From positions 96,001 to 160,000 of the forward strand of contig CBDCUI010000008.1 of the NCBI GenBank assembly GCA_965222615.1: a DNA stretch of 64,000 nucleotides, read 5' to 3'. Below the pieces are notes generated by a model. It searched no databases. It saw only the letters and a list, made by a program, of their open reading frames with translations, and was not told the DNA's origin. The first letter of the stretch is position 1; every line of letters starts with the position of its first letter. The stretch comes from Gammaproteobacteria bacterium (GTDB lineage Bacteria > Pseudomonadota > Gammaproteobacteria > UBA4575). This document shows, piece after piece, positions 17,970 to 29,228 of this stretch. The translations under genes and the position numbers were made by a program.

Positions 17970-18433
17970 TACAAATTATTTTCAATAGAAACAGCTGTAC
18001 CATAAGCAAGAACTTCTACTGCACCTACACTATTTCTACGTCGGCTGTTTTTACTTATAGATGAAGTTTCTACGCGAGCATTCATAACAACAAATGCACT
18101 AGAAAGTTGTGCTTGTTCTTTCATGCGCAGTAATGCTTCTCTGCGTGCGCGATCTAGTAGTGATTCATAAGGCGTGATTTTGCCACCGAATAACATTTTT
18201 AGAGAAGCCACGAATTTTTTAAAGAAGTCAATCGATATCACTACATTCCCGCTCACCAGCTCGGTATGTAAACGATTGTGCTTTATCAAAGGTGGAGTTT
18301 TTAATGTAACAATAGGAATATCTAAAGTAGCTTTTTCTCTTTCAATAATAGATTTGAAATGCCTTTTTTCAGCTCGTTGACCAAAGATATAGCCAAGAGC
18401 AAGTAAGGTTAGCAGTACGCCTAATTCAGTCAT
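17969..18433 (-). CDS. YbjQ/UPF0145 family protein with N-terminal TM
   Basis: LV.GNVVIS.D.FK, GG....YESLLDRARREA..RM, EVLAYGTAV. Confidence 0.85.
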   Translation of the reverse strand: MTELGVLLTLLALGYIFGQRAEKRHFKSIIEREKATLDIPIVTLKTPPLIKHNRLHTELVSGNVVISIDFFKKFVASLKMLFGGKITPYESLLDRARREALLRMKEQAQLSSAFVVMNARVETSSISKNSRRRNSVGAVEVLAYGTAVSIENNL

Positions 18434-18747
18434 GACTCAAGTTTTACTGCTGTTCCGTAGGCATATAATTCTGCAGCGCCTTGTGCTACTGAGGACGTGC
18501 TATATCTAACATTGACAATCGCATTTGCACCCATTGCCTTTGCTTGTGCAACCATTCGATCAGTAGCTTCTTTTCTGGATTCGGCCAACAATTCCGTATA
18601 GGCACCGAGCTCGCCTCCAAAAATATTTTTCAACCCAGCAAGAAAATCCTTGCCAACATGTTTCGCACGAATGGTGTTGCCTTGTACTAAGCCAAAATGC
18701 TGGATAATTTTTCTACCTGGCACTTGTTCTAAGTTTGAAATCAGCAT
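18430..18747 (-). CDS. YbjQ/UPF0145 family protein
   Basis: GLVQGNTIRAKHVGKDFLAGLKNIFGGEL..YT.LL..R..A..RM; AYGTAV. Confidence 0.92.
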   Translation of the reverse strand: MLISNLEQVPGRKIIQHFGLVQGNTIRAKHVGKDFLAGLKNIFGGELGAYTELLAESRKEATDRMVAQAKAMGANAIVNVRYSTSSVAQGAAELYAYGTAVKLES

Positions 18748-19015
18748 GAAACCTCCTAAATAAATAAATAGGTGATTAAGTGTATTTTCAGGTCAAGCAT
18801 CCGAAATTTTGATAAACATCACAATTCACAATTAGTTACCGGAATAATGTCAAGGTTATAATAGTAGTATTATGTGACACAGTTATCTATATAAGCTAGC
18901 ATATGTATAAGTTATACCTTCGATCTTGCTTTGTAGGCCAATTAGTCTGTGTCGATATGTTTATAGAACGATGGTCTGATATTCTGGTCTACAATAGTAG
19001 CAGGGAGCAAATACT

Positions 19016-19279
19016 ATGAAAAAGCGCTTATCTTTATTCCTTATTTGTATGGGATTAATTGTTGTAAATCCAATAGGATATTTGGGTGCTGCTGGTCTTA
19101 CAGCAGAGCAACTTGAACAACAAATACAACTAAGTCATATGCTTGGTCAAATTACTTTGGAAGAACAAAACTATCGCATACAGAAGGTCAGGACTTTAGG
19201 TGTGGATGGGTATTACAAATGGCTCCGTAGCGAAGGTGCTTCTGCTAAAACTTCTGCATCAAATAATCGTTCCAGATAA
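19016..19279 (+). CDS. Small exported hypothetical protein
   Basis: GGGAG RBS; signal-peptide-like N-terminus. Confidence 0.6.
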   Translation: MKKRLSLFLICMGLIVVNPIGYLGAAGLTAEQLEQQIQLSHMLGQITLEEQNYRIQKVRTLGVDGYYKWLRSEGASAKTSASNNRSR

Positions 19280-19541
19280 TAGTCAGATGTTTGGTATCGG
19301 TAAGGTACAGTGAAATTGCACACTAAGACCGCTTAGTTTCCATTCCCCTCATCAAAGCCTGATACATGCCAGGCTTCATGTAATTTCTATGGTTAACCTC
19401 AGAAGCTACTCCAGCTTGATCGTAATTAACTAAATAAAAAAGCATATTGGTTTTTTTCCATGAAATAAGGCTAAATATGTAACATTGTTTATCAATATGT
19501 CCTGTGAGGCATTAAATTAGCTAAAAATATAAATTTGAGCT

Positions 19542-19976
19542 ATGCCACAAACCCGAATATCCGAGCAATTACGGCGCCACGCAGTAGCTATTATTAGTTT
19601 AGTTGTGGCTTTAACTAGTTTGGCCTACAACACATATCGAAATGAATTAACCGAGGCAAATCGAACTGTGCGTCAAGCAGGTTTCGAAATGATTTCTGAG
19701 TTATCAGAGCTTCAACAAGTTATGTTGTTTGCCCGTTATAACCAAGAAGATAAACGAGGCGATACTACTGTAGGTTGGTCTCATGTACTATCTCTACGAG
19801 ATCTTAGTTTGGCAATGCCAAATAACATACAAAAAAAAGCTAATAATTTTTATAAAGTATGGCAAGAAAATAATGCAGAAATTGCTGCAACAAATTCAAC
19901 TGCATATAACACAATAGATAAAGAGATTGATGATTTGAAAGCTGAAATTTTAAAGGTCGTATCAGCCTTGCGTTGA
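19542..19976 (+). CDS. Hypothetical membrane-anchored helical protein
   Basis: TM AVAIISLVVALTSLAYNTYRNE followed by a helical domain. Confidence 0.75.
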   Translation: MPQTRISEQLRRHAVAIISLVVALTSLAYNTYRNELTEANRTVRQAGFEMISELSELQQVMLFARYNQEDKRGDTTVGWSHVLSLRDLSLAMPNNIQKKANNFYKVWQENNAEIAATNSTAYNTIDKEIDDLKAEILKVVSALR

Positions 19977-20369
19977 TTTAATTAGTGGTTCAGCAAAAAA
20001 GCTAAAGCAACTAAGCTAACTACTGTAATTATAAAGATGGTTAATAAAATACGTAAAATAATTGGAATTAAAAAATGGAAGCGATCGGCAAAAGGATTAA
20101 ATGAGATCATGAAGTTTGCAAATTCCTTATTAATGGATTTGATTGAAGTATCATACAGCTAAAGTATCACATTCACATAAATGACTTTGAAAAAAAGAGC
20201 AAATGGTCTAGAAATGTTGATCAACAGGATGAGCGCAAGTGATTTTCAGTATTCAATGTGGTTAAACAGTAACTTACAAAGTAAAAACTGAAAGATATAT
20301 TGTATGGGGGCTAGTTGAATATTTGACAAATATATTTAAATTCGTAACTAATTTAAGACTTAGTTAAAA

Positions 20370-20404
20370 AACGCAACGAGTTATCAATATAACTCGTTGC
20401 GCTT
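20370..20404 (-). terminator. Likely terminator hairpin after the YegP-family gene
   Basis: gcaacgagtta-tcaata-taactcgttgc perfect stem with an adjacent A run. Confidence 0.7.
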
Positions 20405-20424
20405 GTCTTAGTATTAGATCAAGG

Positions 20425-20757
20425 CTAGCAAAGATCATCAATTTTTGCTGAGCCAGCATGCCTGCCTACACTTGTAATGCCATTTTCCATGCTTTTTACG
20501 GAATTATACATTTCACTTTTGCCAATAGCTTGGTGATTTTTAGCTTTGAGAACGAAGTAAGATTTACCATTCCTGGAAGATTTTCTTTCAAATTGTTTAC
20601 TTGCCCTCCCATTTTTCTTTACGCTCGCAATGCCATTTTTACAACTGCGTTTTTCTTTATAGCCCTCACTCGCCAAAATGATTTCACCGTTTGACGCCTT
20701 TAATCGAAAACGAAATTCACCTCTTTTGTCTTTAAATATCTCGAATTTTCCTGCCAT
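20425..20757 (-). CDS. YegP family protein (tandem DUF1508)
   Basis: GEFRFRLKASNGEIILASEGY and YFVLKAKNHQAIGKSEMY repeats. Confidence 0.92.
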   Translation of the reverse strand: MAGKFEIFKDKRGEFRFRLKASNGEIILASEGYKEKRSCKNGIASVKKNGRASKQFERKSSRNGKSYFVLKAKNHQAIGKSEMYNSVKSMENGITSVGRHAGSAKIDDLC

Positions 20758-20951
20758 TTCCGCCTCCGTATCAGAGAAAAGAATTTATAGATTATTAAGC
20801 ACGTACAAGTATAACCACATGTATCGTCTTCGTGCAAAAAAATGCAAGCTCAGATGATTGATGAATTTTCAATGTCAGTTTTAACCGATATGGATGCTTT
20901 GTTGTTGTATGATTAATTGCGTCAGTACTGCTAGTTAAATCATATAGTTTC

Positions 20952-21935
20952 ATGATTAAACAAATGTCAATTATTTTGATTTGGACGGTGTGTGTAGTGG
21001 TTCTGCATCACCTCATAGACCCTTCTACTAAGTTAAGTTTGTTTATTCTAGTGGCAGGTCTTATGCTATGGATGAGATTTAGAGAGATTGATGTTGTTAA
21101 TCTCTTGCCTCCTATTTTATTGATCGGTTTACTGGCATGGTTGACCATTATACAGCCAAAAAATGATCGAAATTGGTGGCCGGAAACCTCTATATTGCCG
21201 AGTATTAAGATAGAGGAACACCAAGTAACGATAGAAAAATTTCGCAATTTCCATTGGCAAGGCCTTAAAGAATCCAATCCCAACTGGGAAACTCGTAGCT
21301 ATAATTTAGCTAATCTTGATAGTCTTGACCTCGTTGTTGAGCCTTTTAGAGATTCGAGGTTTATGGCACATACCATGTTAGTGTTTGGATTTGGGTCCCA
21401 AGGTTACGTGGTGGTATCCGTAGAGGCAAGAAAAGAACAACAGGAAGAATACGGTATACTGGCCGGGGCATTACGTCAGTTTGAACTTATTTATATATTT
21501 GGGGATGAAAGAGATCTGTTTGTTCAAAGGGCAGTACATCGGAATTCTGAGCTATATTTATATCCAATTAAAGCAAACAGAAGTTTTATAGTTAATCTGT
21601 TTGAAGATTTGGCAAAATCTGCAAATGGTTTGCACCAACAAGCAAAGTTTTACCGCACAATTCGGGATAATTGCACCACCACACTTGTCAAGCACATCGA
21701 TCGACACTACGATGATAAGATTGGTTTTCGTTATGAAGTTTTATTCCCTGCACAGGCGGGAAAATTATTATATGACCTTGGTAAAATGGATACGACTCTA
21801 GCATTTGAAAAAGTAAAATCCATGGCAAGGATTGATGAATTAGTCAGAAAGTATATAGATGAACCTAATTTTTCCACGATAATTCGAGCCCAGTCAACAG
21901 ATCCATACAAAACTGCCAGCAGTGCTGCTTCTTGA
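20952..21935 (+). CDS. DUF4105 (Lnb N-terminal-like) domain membrane protein
   Basis: RNF.W, AHTML.FGF, SVEARKE, Y.T..DNCTT motifs. Confidence 0.85.
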   Translation: MIKQMSIILIWTVCVVVLHHLIDPSTKLSLFILVAGLMLWMRFREIDVVNLLPPILLIGLLAWLTIIQPKNDRNWWPETSILPSIKIEEHQVTIEKFRNFHWQGLKESNPNWETRSYNLANLDSLDLVVEPFRDSRFMAHTMLVFGFGSQGYVVVSVEARKEQQEEYGILAGALRQFELIYIFGDERDLFVQRAVHRNSELYLYPIKANRSFIVNLFEDLAKSANGLHQQAKFYRTIRDNCTTTLVKHIDRHYDDKIGFRYEVLFPAQAGKLLYDLGKMDTTLAFEKVKSMARIDELVRKYIDEPNFSTIIRAQSTDPYKTASSAAS

Positions 21936-22010
21936 TAATATAGCTACTCTGTCTGCTTAATATATAATCTATAATAAATGTATAACTAAAAAATCCGTAA
22001 AAAATAAACT

Positions 22011-23168
22011 ATGAAAAAAGTTGTTATTGCTCCAGATTCTTTCAAGGGCAATCTTACTTCTCTTGAAGTAGCGATCTGCATTGAAAAAGGTATTAAACGC
22101 GTATTGCCAAAAATTAAATGCATAAAAGTACCCATGGCAGATGGTGGAGAGGGTACCGTACAATCTATGGTAGATGCGGCAAAAGGCAAGATCGTTAAGA
22201 AACGAGTCAAAGGGCCTGCTGGAAAATTAGTGACTGCTCAATATGGTTGGATCGCTAGCAATAAAACTGCAGTGATCGAAATGGCAGAAGCCTCTGGTTT
22301 ACCCTTGGTAAATGGGCGCGAAAAGAATCCACTTAAGACAACTACTTATGGCACGGGCCAATTGATACTTGATGCCATAAATCGAGGAACAAACAAGATC
22401 ATTATTGGTATTGGTGGTTCAGCAACCAATGATGGCGGGGTAGGTATGGCACAAGCCCTGGGTGTGAAGTTCTTAAACGCAAATGGACGAGTCATTCAAG
22501 AATTGGGATCAGGAGGGATGCTATCTAAAATACAAAGTATAGATATCTCAAATTTGGATGGCAGAGTACGGAATACAAATATCGTGGTTGCTTGTGATGT
22601 AGAGAATCCACTTTTTGGTAAAAAAGGTGCTGCCTATGTGTTTGGACCACAAAAAGGCGCAACACCGAAAATGGTTGAAACACTGGATGCCAATTTAAAG
22701 CGCCTTAGTAAATTGTTGAAGCGTGATCTTAAAAAAGATGTAGGGCGAATGCCTGGTGCAGGTGCAGCAGGGGGTTTGGGTGCAGGATTGGTAGCATTTG
22801 CTGGTGCAAAGCTAGAAAGTGGCATTGATATTGTATTAGAGGCCACGCAGCTAAGTAAGTATATAAAAGGTGCTGATCTGGTAATTACAGGAGAAGGTAA
22901 AATTGACTTTCAAACTGCGTTTGGAAAAACCCCTGCTGGGGTAGCTAAAGCAGCAAAACAACACAAGGTACCCGTAATTGCAATTGGTGGGGCATTGGCA
23001 GATGATGCGCAGAAAGTATTTGCACATGGAATTGATGGTCTTGAAAGTGCATCTGCAAAAGATATGTCACTAGAAGAAGCTATAGGAAATTCACGAGCTT
23101 ATATAGAAAATGCCGCTGAGCGAGCAGTTCGAATTATACTGATTGGAAAAAAGATATATAAAAAGTAA
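22011..23168 (+). CDS. Glycerate kinase (GlxK/GarK family)
   Basis: APDSFKG, PMADGGEGT, GGSATNDGG, GAAGGLG, TGEG.ID.QT..GK. Confidence 0.96.
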   Translation: MKKVVIAPDSFKGNLTSLEVAICIEKGIKRVLPKIKCIKVPMADGGEGTVQSMVDAAKGKIVKKRVKGPAGKLVTAQYGWIASNKTAVIEMAEASGLPLVNGREKNPLKTTTYGTGQLILDAINRGTNKIIIGIGGSATNDGGVGMAQALGVKFLNANGRVIQELGSGGMLSKIQSIDISNLDGRVRNTNIVVACDVENPLFGKKGAAYVFGPQKGATPKMVETLDANLKRLSKLLKRDLKKDVGRMPGAGAAGGLGAGLVAFAGAKLESGIDIVLEATQLSKYIKGADLVITGEGKIDFQTAFGKTPAGVAKAAKQHKVPVIAIGGALADDAQKVFAHGIDGLESASAKDMSLEEAIGNSRAYIENAAERAVRIILIGKKIYKK

Positions 23169-23231
23169 TTTTTTCGGCTACTTGATCTAACTAGGGGGTA
23201 CAGCAATTTATTTTATTGCCAAGTGAACAAG

Positions 23232-23612
23232 TTAATCGGCAAAGCTAAATTGTTGATGTTCAAAGGTGTCTTTAGGCAAGCCGCGTAATTTAATAAATTC
23301 TTGTCTAAAGGCTTGTTTAGCCTTAATGAGATGATTGTCACACTCGACAGAACTTATCTCATATTCAAAATTTTCACAATTAATGGGCGGGGTATATTGC
23401 TTTATAAAAGCCTTCTCAAATTCTTCAGATAAGCGTTGTTGTATAACTTTTTCTTGCTCTAGATGTTTTGTATTTGCATGTAAGAGCAGATTTTCAGGAC
23501 TTGTGTTGGTTTCTTTTGAAAATAGAGAATACGTTGCAATGAGTATTCCAAAAGCTAGTGATACTGATAGGGCTTTCTTTATCAGGGGGTTAAACATGTG
23601 GTTAGCATGCAA
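23232..23612 (-). CDS. Hypothetical membrane-anchored protein
   Basis: N-terminal TM; Y.PP..C...VEC.N motif. Confidence 0.6.
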   Translation of the reverse strand: MHANHMFNPLIKKALSVSLAFGILIATYSLFSKETNTSPENLLLHANTKHLEQEKVIQQRLSEEFEKAFIKQYTPPINCENFEYEISSVECDNHLIKAKQAFRQEFIKLRGLPKDTFEHQQFSFAD

Positions 23613-23741
23613 TACATCCCTGCATGCTAATCACAGTACCCGATGAATGGGCAGTGTTGGCTTAGTAATGGATAACCACATAACAAAGTATTTACTATGG
23701 AAAGAATCTAACCTCATATAAAAACTAGAACATACTTATTA

Positions 23742-24560
23742 TTAAGGTGTTATTTCAATCGGAGTGCCATTTTTCACTAGATCCCAAATCTCGTCCATGT
23801 CTTCATTATTGACTGCAATGCACCCGTCGGTCCAATCGAATAGCTTGAGAATCCTCCAAGCCCAGCCTATGCCATTAGGTTGTCCATGAATCATAATTTC
23901 ACCTCCAGGGTCAAAACCTGCCTCAAGCGCTTTTTTCTTATCTTCATTATTGGGGTAGGAAATATGAATAGACTTGTAAAACTTACTGTTCTCATTTCTA
24001 TTGTCTAGGAGGTATAGTCCCTCAGGTGTGCGTTCATCGCCTTGCTTTTGTTTGTGTCCCAGCGGATTGGCGCCGAGGCTTACATCATAAGTGCGATAGG
24101 TTTTTCCATTTTTTATTAGGCGTAGCTTGCGTTCGCTTTTTTTAAGTAATACCGAATCGGCAGTGAGTAAATTGACTAATTTAGATACTTCTTTCCCTTT
24201 GTCGTAGCTTCTTTCGCCCCATTGTTCTCCACGTGCATTAAAGTACTTCCATAACCCGTGTTTTTCCCCATTGAGATATTTGCCGGATATATGCATATAT
24301 CCACCATCCCAAGCTTGCCAAATCCCATGTTTAGTTTCATTTTTTTCACAAAATATAGCGATTCCAAGCTTACTCCAGACTTCACGCTTTTCAAATGAGC
24401 CTTCTTCGCATTGTAAAGAGTGATTCGCTAATGCATTTTTGGTTTTGTTGTATTCGTGCTCCATCATCCAACCTATCCATAATGGACTGGTAAGTAGTAA
24501 TAGTAGAGCAACCGTGATTAGTAGTGCTGTAGATACACCAAGAAACTTCTTTAATTGCAT
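23742..24560 (-). CDS. YkuD-family L,D-transpeptidase with N-terminal MORN-like repeats
   Basis: GD.RTPEG.Y, ISYPN, IMIHG...WTDGCIAV; N-terminal KHG.W repeats. Confidence 0.88.
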   Translation of the reverse strand: MQLKKFLGVSTALLITVALLLLLTSPLWIGWMMEHEYNKTKNALANHSLQCEEGSFEKREVWSKLGIAIFCEKNETKHGIWQAWDGGYMHISGKYLNGEKHGLWKYFNARGEQWGERSYDKGKEVSKLVNLLTADSVLLKKSERKLRLIKNGKTYRTYDVSLGANPLGHKQKQGDERTPEGLYLLDNRNENSKFYKSIHISYPNNEDKKKALEAGFDPGGEIMIHGQPNGIGWAWRILKLFDWTDGCIAVNNEDMDEIWDLVKNGTPIEITP

Positions 24561-24767
24561 GTGGTTTAAACTATTTCCTAGCTCATCCGATTAACGAGTT
24601 TAATTAATCATGTATTGCTATAGTACAGTAAGGATAAATTGGATAGAAATAACGTTTTCGATTAAAACATGTAAAAAATAAGTGATTTATCCTTTAACAG
24701 TAATCATTACGGTTAGTTTATACTATAGAAAAAAAATGTAAGTCTTCAATCACAAATTTTTAGAAAA

Positions 24768-24968
24768 ATGAATAAAACACTTATTATTATTGGCGCGGCA
24801 ATTATTATTATTGGATTACTTTGGCCTGTCATCACCAAAATGCCATTTGGTAGATTGCCAGGAGATATAGCAATCAAGAAAGAAGGGTTTCAGCTGTACT
24901 TTCCAGTTACAACGATGATTATTATAAGTGTTGTCGTGTCGCTGCTTTTATGGTTTTTTAAAAAGTAA
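24768..24968 (+). CDS. DUF2905 family small membrane protein
   Basis: GRLPGDI......YFP.TT.II.S motif. Confidence 0.9.
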   Translation: MNKTLIIIGAAIIIIGLLWPVITKMPFGRLPGDIAIKKEGFQLYFPVTTMIIISVVVSLLLWFFKK

Positions 24969-25005
24969 TTTAATAAGTAACTAATATGTACGTATACACT
25001 TTTTG

Positions 25006-26133
25006 TTAATATCTTGCTCGTTCCAGAACATAAATATTAAATCGTTTAGTATCCTTTTTATGATAATAAAGCAATCTGCCATCACCAGTGATGGCGGGAG
25101 CTTCTGAAAACCCGTTAATTGCTTCGAGTAAAACCGGTTTTCTAAAAGGTGAATTTTTATCTGGCCTACTGGTGTAGTAAGTAGCAAAATTTGCCCCGTT
25201 CTCTAAATTTAAGCGCGTGAAAAATAGCTCGAGTTCATCTGTTGATATCGAGGCAGCATATTCCAGGCTTTTTGTATTTATATGTTTGAAAATTTCTTTG
25301 GAATTTTGATCGATTACAAATTTTCCATTTTGCAGATATGCTGTAAAGAAATGTGATTCCTTTGGCCAAGCTTGGCCACTGAATAAAGTTTGTGTTGCAT
25401 ATATACTAGATCCGTCTGCGCTAATCTCGATATCCATATTCAGCCAGCCCGGTTTATGCAGAGATAATTCAGGTATTGGGGTAATGTTAACTACTTCGCC
25501 ATTGATAAATTTTCCTCTATATACAGTGGTGTAGCCATTATCTTTGCCATAGTAGGCGGTAGATACATAATAGAAATTTCCATGAACATCCATAGTGGGC
25601 ACACCGTCAACGCTATTTGTGTTAATACCTTTAACTTCTCCCATAAACTGAAATGTAGTGTCATCAATACGTATCGCATAGTAAATATCTTTATCAGTTT
25701 TTGGTGTATCCGTTTTTTCGCTATTGAAGAAAAGGATGTTTCCATCTCGTGAAATAAAAGGTTCCATTGCGTTATACGGGTTGTTAATAATGTGCACACG
25801 CCTTGGATTGACAAATGCTCCATTTCCAGGAGAAGGTGAATTTAGTTTTTCAAAGTCTGATAGAATTTCGTTTAGTAAAGCATTTGCTAGTTTTATTTTG
25901 CCATTATCCGCTAATACCTTGACTTGTTTCATTTTTGGTACAACATTTGATACGTCTTTATTGTTAGCAACAGCAATTTTTAATTGCTGTTCTGCTGCAG
26001 TCGCTTTCATTTTGAGAGTTGTGACTTCTTCAGGAGTAGAACCTCCTATGCAAGAGTTACCCACAAGCATATAAATAAACAAAGTAGTAAATAGAGCTTT
26101 GCCGCTGATTAAAAACTGTCTAAATAAATTCAT
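25006..26133 (-). CDS. Exported PD40/TolB-like beta-propeller protein
   Basis: EPFISRDG..LFF, ISADG, AASIS.DELELFFTR and EAPAI.DG repeats; signal with Cys. Confidence 0.75.
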   Translation of the reverse strand: MNLFRQFLISGKALFTTLFIYMLVGNSCIGGSTPEEVTTLKMKATAAEQQLKIAVANNKDVSNVVPKMKQVKVLADNGKIKLANALLNEILSDFEKLNSPSPGNGAFVNPRRVHIINNPYNAMEPFISRDGNILFFNSEKTDTPKTDKDIYYAIRIDDTTFQFMGEVKGINTNSVDGVPTMDVHGNFYYVSTAYYGKDNGYTTVYRGKFINGEVVNITPIPELSLHKPGWLNMDIEISADGSSIYATQTLFSGQAWPKESHFFTAYLQNGKFVIDQNSKEIFKHINTKSLEYAASISTDELELFFTRLNLENGANFATYYTSRPDKNSPFRKPVLLEAINGFSEAPAITGDGRLLYYHKKDTKRFNIYVLERARY

Positions 26134-26515
26134 TGTTTATCCCCTAGATTTCATCAATTAAAAAATGCATCCCAGATTGTATGTGCATTTTTAATAGAGA
26201 GGTGTGTTTGTGCTTTAATCATGAAGAAACACCATTGACAATATTGCTACCCATAGTAAACCTTTAATTTTAGATGGTATATGCGTAGTAATTGTCCCCA
26301 TCCGTTTTGCGTTAGTGTAGCCTAACCTCGAATGGTTAACTTAGATTTCAGTTAGTTAACAAATGTGTTGCCGATAAAACTACTGATTACAGCGATGAAT
26401 AGTCATACTATGAAAATGTTTGCAATTTTTCCGTATAAAATTTAATTAATATAATTTTATTAAATCGTGAAGTATTATTTTCAAAAATTATTTAAGGGTA
26501 GGGTATTGCTAGTAC

Positions 26516-28969
26516 TTAGCTAGCAAATTTCAATATGTCGCTTTGCGAAGGGTCACGGTTTAAAACTTCGTTCAGAGTCATTGGGCTACTTATTGCATAG
26601 CCTTGGACATAATCTATACCAATATCTTCTAAGGTATGTAAGATCTCTTCAGATTCCACATATTCTGCAATAGTTTGGATACGCATTAGCTTGGCTATTT
26701 TGTGTAATGAGTAAACCATTTCGTAATCAATAGGATTAGTATCAATCTCACGTATAAAGATGCCATCAATTTTGACGAAATCTACTGGCAAGTGCTTAAG
26801 AATTTCAAATGAAGAGAAACCGGTTCCGAAATCGTCAAGAGCGAATTTGCACCCAAGTTTACGCAGGCGCGTTATAAAGTTATTGGCTTCAGGTAAATTG
26901 GAGACGGCAACTGTTTCTGTAACTTCAAAGCAAATTTTTTCAGCCGGTACAGCACAATTTTCAAATTCTGAAATAACAAATTTTAAAAATTGAGGTTCAC
27001 ATAATGTAGCAGCAGATATATTTATAGATAACATTTTTATTTTTTCATACAGCTCACTGTGTTCGCTTAATTTTTTAATACATGCTTTAAATACCCAACG
27101 GTCAATCTTGTTTATTAGATTATAACGTTCAGCTGTCGGTAAAAATCTATTTGGTGTAATAAGAGAATTGTTTTCATTAAACATGCGAATAAGGATTTCA
27201 TAATGATCCCATTCTTTTGTGTTTTTTGGTGTAGTGATTGGCTGAAACAACAATGTGAACTCATCATTTTCTAAGGCATGATTAATATGAACATACGATC
27301 GCGAATCTGAGCGCTGATGATTCATTTCGGTATCATCCAGACTATAGATGCGTATTTGGCTGGTATTAGAACGTTTTACTGCGCGGCAAGCATTATCTGC
27401 AGTTTGCAAGATTTTATCTACATTGCTAGTTTTTGCATCAATTGCAACAAGCCCTAAGCTTGCTCCTACTTTAAAGACGCTATCATTCCAACGAAATGAA
27501 AATTTCTCAATATTCGTTTGTATTTTGTCTGCAACTTGTTTAGCTTCGTCAATCGAAATATTTTCTAATAAAATTGCAAATTCATCTCCGCCTAGACGTG
27601 CAACATAATCGTCCTTACGTACGGCTTGTCTCATAACATTACCTATTTGGCGTAATAAATTATCGCCAGCATTGTGTCCACAGGTATCGTTTATTACTTT
27701 GAAGCGATCGAGATCGATATAACACAACACATGCGCTCCACGCGTTTCTTCGCACGATTTAACAATTTTATCAAGATGTATTTCAAATGCCCTACGGTTT
27801 TTCAAGTTTGTTAATGAGTCATGGCTAGCGTGATAAGTTAACCTGTCTTCTGTCCAAGTACGTTTGATTGCCGCGCCAATTATTGCCGCAACTGTTTTTA
27901 GAACGTCAACTTCTTCAGATTTCCAGTCTCGATTTCTTCGACATTCGTCAAAGCATATAAATCCCCACCATTCTGAGCCAACAAATATAGGTACAGCTAT
28001 TAATGACTGTATATTTATTGATGCTAATATTTTTTGCTCATCTTTTGGGAAGGCATCAATGCTGCCAAATACCACATTACCTGCAGCTAGGCTACTTTCC
28101 CATCTTTGTAGATTCAGTTGACGATATGAAATAGAGAGGGTGTCATATTCATATTCAGGCGCACTAGAGGAAGACCATCTAAATCTAGAATGTGTAGTAT
28201 TGTATTTGAGGTTCTCATCCTGTGAATTCTCGAAAATTTGTATACGACTGACGTCAATGGCGTTACCTAAATTATCTAAAAGTTCAGGTATAGCTAGTTC
28301 CCAAGAGTCTTCAAGTAATCTTTCTGAAGTATCAGCAATAACACGAAGTATATTTTTTTGCTTATTTATTTCTTTATTTTTATCCTGTTCAGTAATAACG
28401 CTTATAAAATTTTTGCTAATAATACGGTTAAGCTTAAATACACTGCCCAGCATATATAAAAGGAACAGTGACAGCCCAAGCGCTATATCCCTATGCGCTT
28501 CACTGTAAAATGAAAAGTATAAAATAATCGGTAGCATTGCAGATGCAGAGAAACTAAAGTATGCAATTTTTAAAACAGAATATAATCCTATAGCACCTGC
28601 AACAATAGCGCATACCCATAGTGTGTTTACTCCCATGTAAACTAAGTTATCCAGCGGAACTAAATAAAGAACGGAAAATCCCCACAGAAGCCCAGAAGTG
28701 GCAAGACCTATATACAACAAAGCGAGCCAGGTGAAGGAGTTAAGCGCAATGTCGGGGTATTTTTTGTAATAAAGGATGTGCAAGAAGCGTATACCGCTTA
28801 CCAGGACTACAGCTGTAAACCAGGTGATAAGTCTATGAGCTGGTGAGATTCCCCATAAAAGTAAAAGCAAAGGCAAGGTAGCTAAAGTAGTGGCTGCAAT
28901 ACCTGAGGTTGTCTGTTGTATTAACAGTTTTAGCTTTGCTGCACGTAGTGACTGCTGAATATCTTCCAT
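26516..28969 (-). CDS. Membrane-bound GAF-GGDEF-EAL diguanylate cyclase/phosphodiesterase
   Basis: About five TMs, GAF (WWGFICFDEC), ARLGGDEF, EIL(EAL) motif, DDFGTG, QGY. Confidence 0.93.
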   Translation of the reverse strand: MEDIQQSLRAAKLKLLIQQTTSGIAATTLATLPLLLLLWGISPAHRLITWFTAVVLVSGIRFLHILYYKKYPDIALNSFTWLALLYIGLATSGLLWGFSVLYLVPLDNLVYMGVNTLWVCAIVAGAIGLYSVLKIAYFSFSASAMLPIILYFSFYSEAHRDIALGLSLFLLYMLGSVFKLNRIISKNFISVITEQDKNKEINKQKNILRVIADTSERLLEDSWELAIPELLDNLGNAIDVSRIQIFENSQDENLKYNTTHSRFRWSSSSAPEYEYDTLSISYRQLNLQRWESSLAAGNVVFGSIDAFPKDEQKILASINIQSLIAVPIFVGSEWWGFICFDECRRNRDWKSEEVDVLKTVAAIIGAAIKRTWTEDRLTYHASHDSLTNLKNRRAFEIHLDKIVKSCEETRGAHVLCYIDLDRFKVINDTCGHNAGDNLLRQIGNVMRQAVRKDDYVARLGGDEFAILLENISIDEAKQVADKIQTNIEKFSFRWNDSVFKVGASLGLVAIDAKTSNVDKILQTADNACRAVKRSNTSQIRIYSLDDTEMNHQRSDSRSYVHINHALENDEFTLLFQPITTPKNTKEWDHYEILIRMFNENNSLITPNRFLPTAERYNLINKIDRWVFKACIKKLSEHSELYEKIKMLSINISAATLCEPQFLKFVISEFENCAVPAEKICFEVTETVAVSNLPEANNFITRLRKLGCKFALDDFGTGFSSFEILKHLPVDFVKIDGIFIREIDTNPIDYEMVYSLHKIAKLMRIQTIAEYVESEEILHTLEDIGIDYVQGYAISSPMTLNEVLNRDPSQSDILKFAS

Positions 28970-29228
28970 GACGAATAAATGTGATGCAGAGATTTCTTAT
29001 TAGAGTCAATTGCAAGTGTAAATTTCTATAACTGCATGACTTTACACGGTTTTTTAGTCTCGCAGTGTTTATATAGATAAATGCTCGGAGATATCGGATG
29101 AAGCGCAAAAAATAACGAGTTTAGGAGGATTGACCCTTGTCATTAACAACTATTTATTTTATTTGTTTGGTCCTATAAAGAACCTAGTCTATTAATAAGC
29201 TAAATAGGTATTCGAGAATGAAGTAAGG

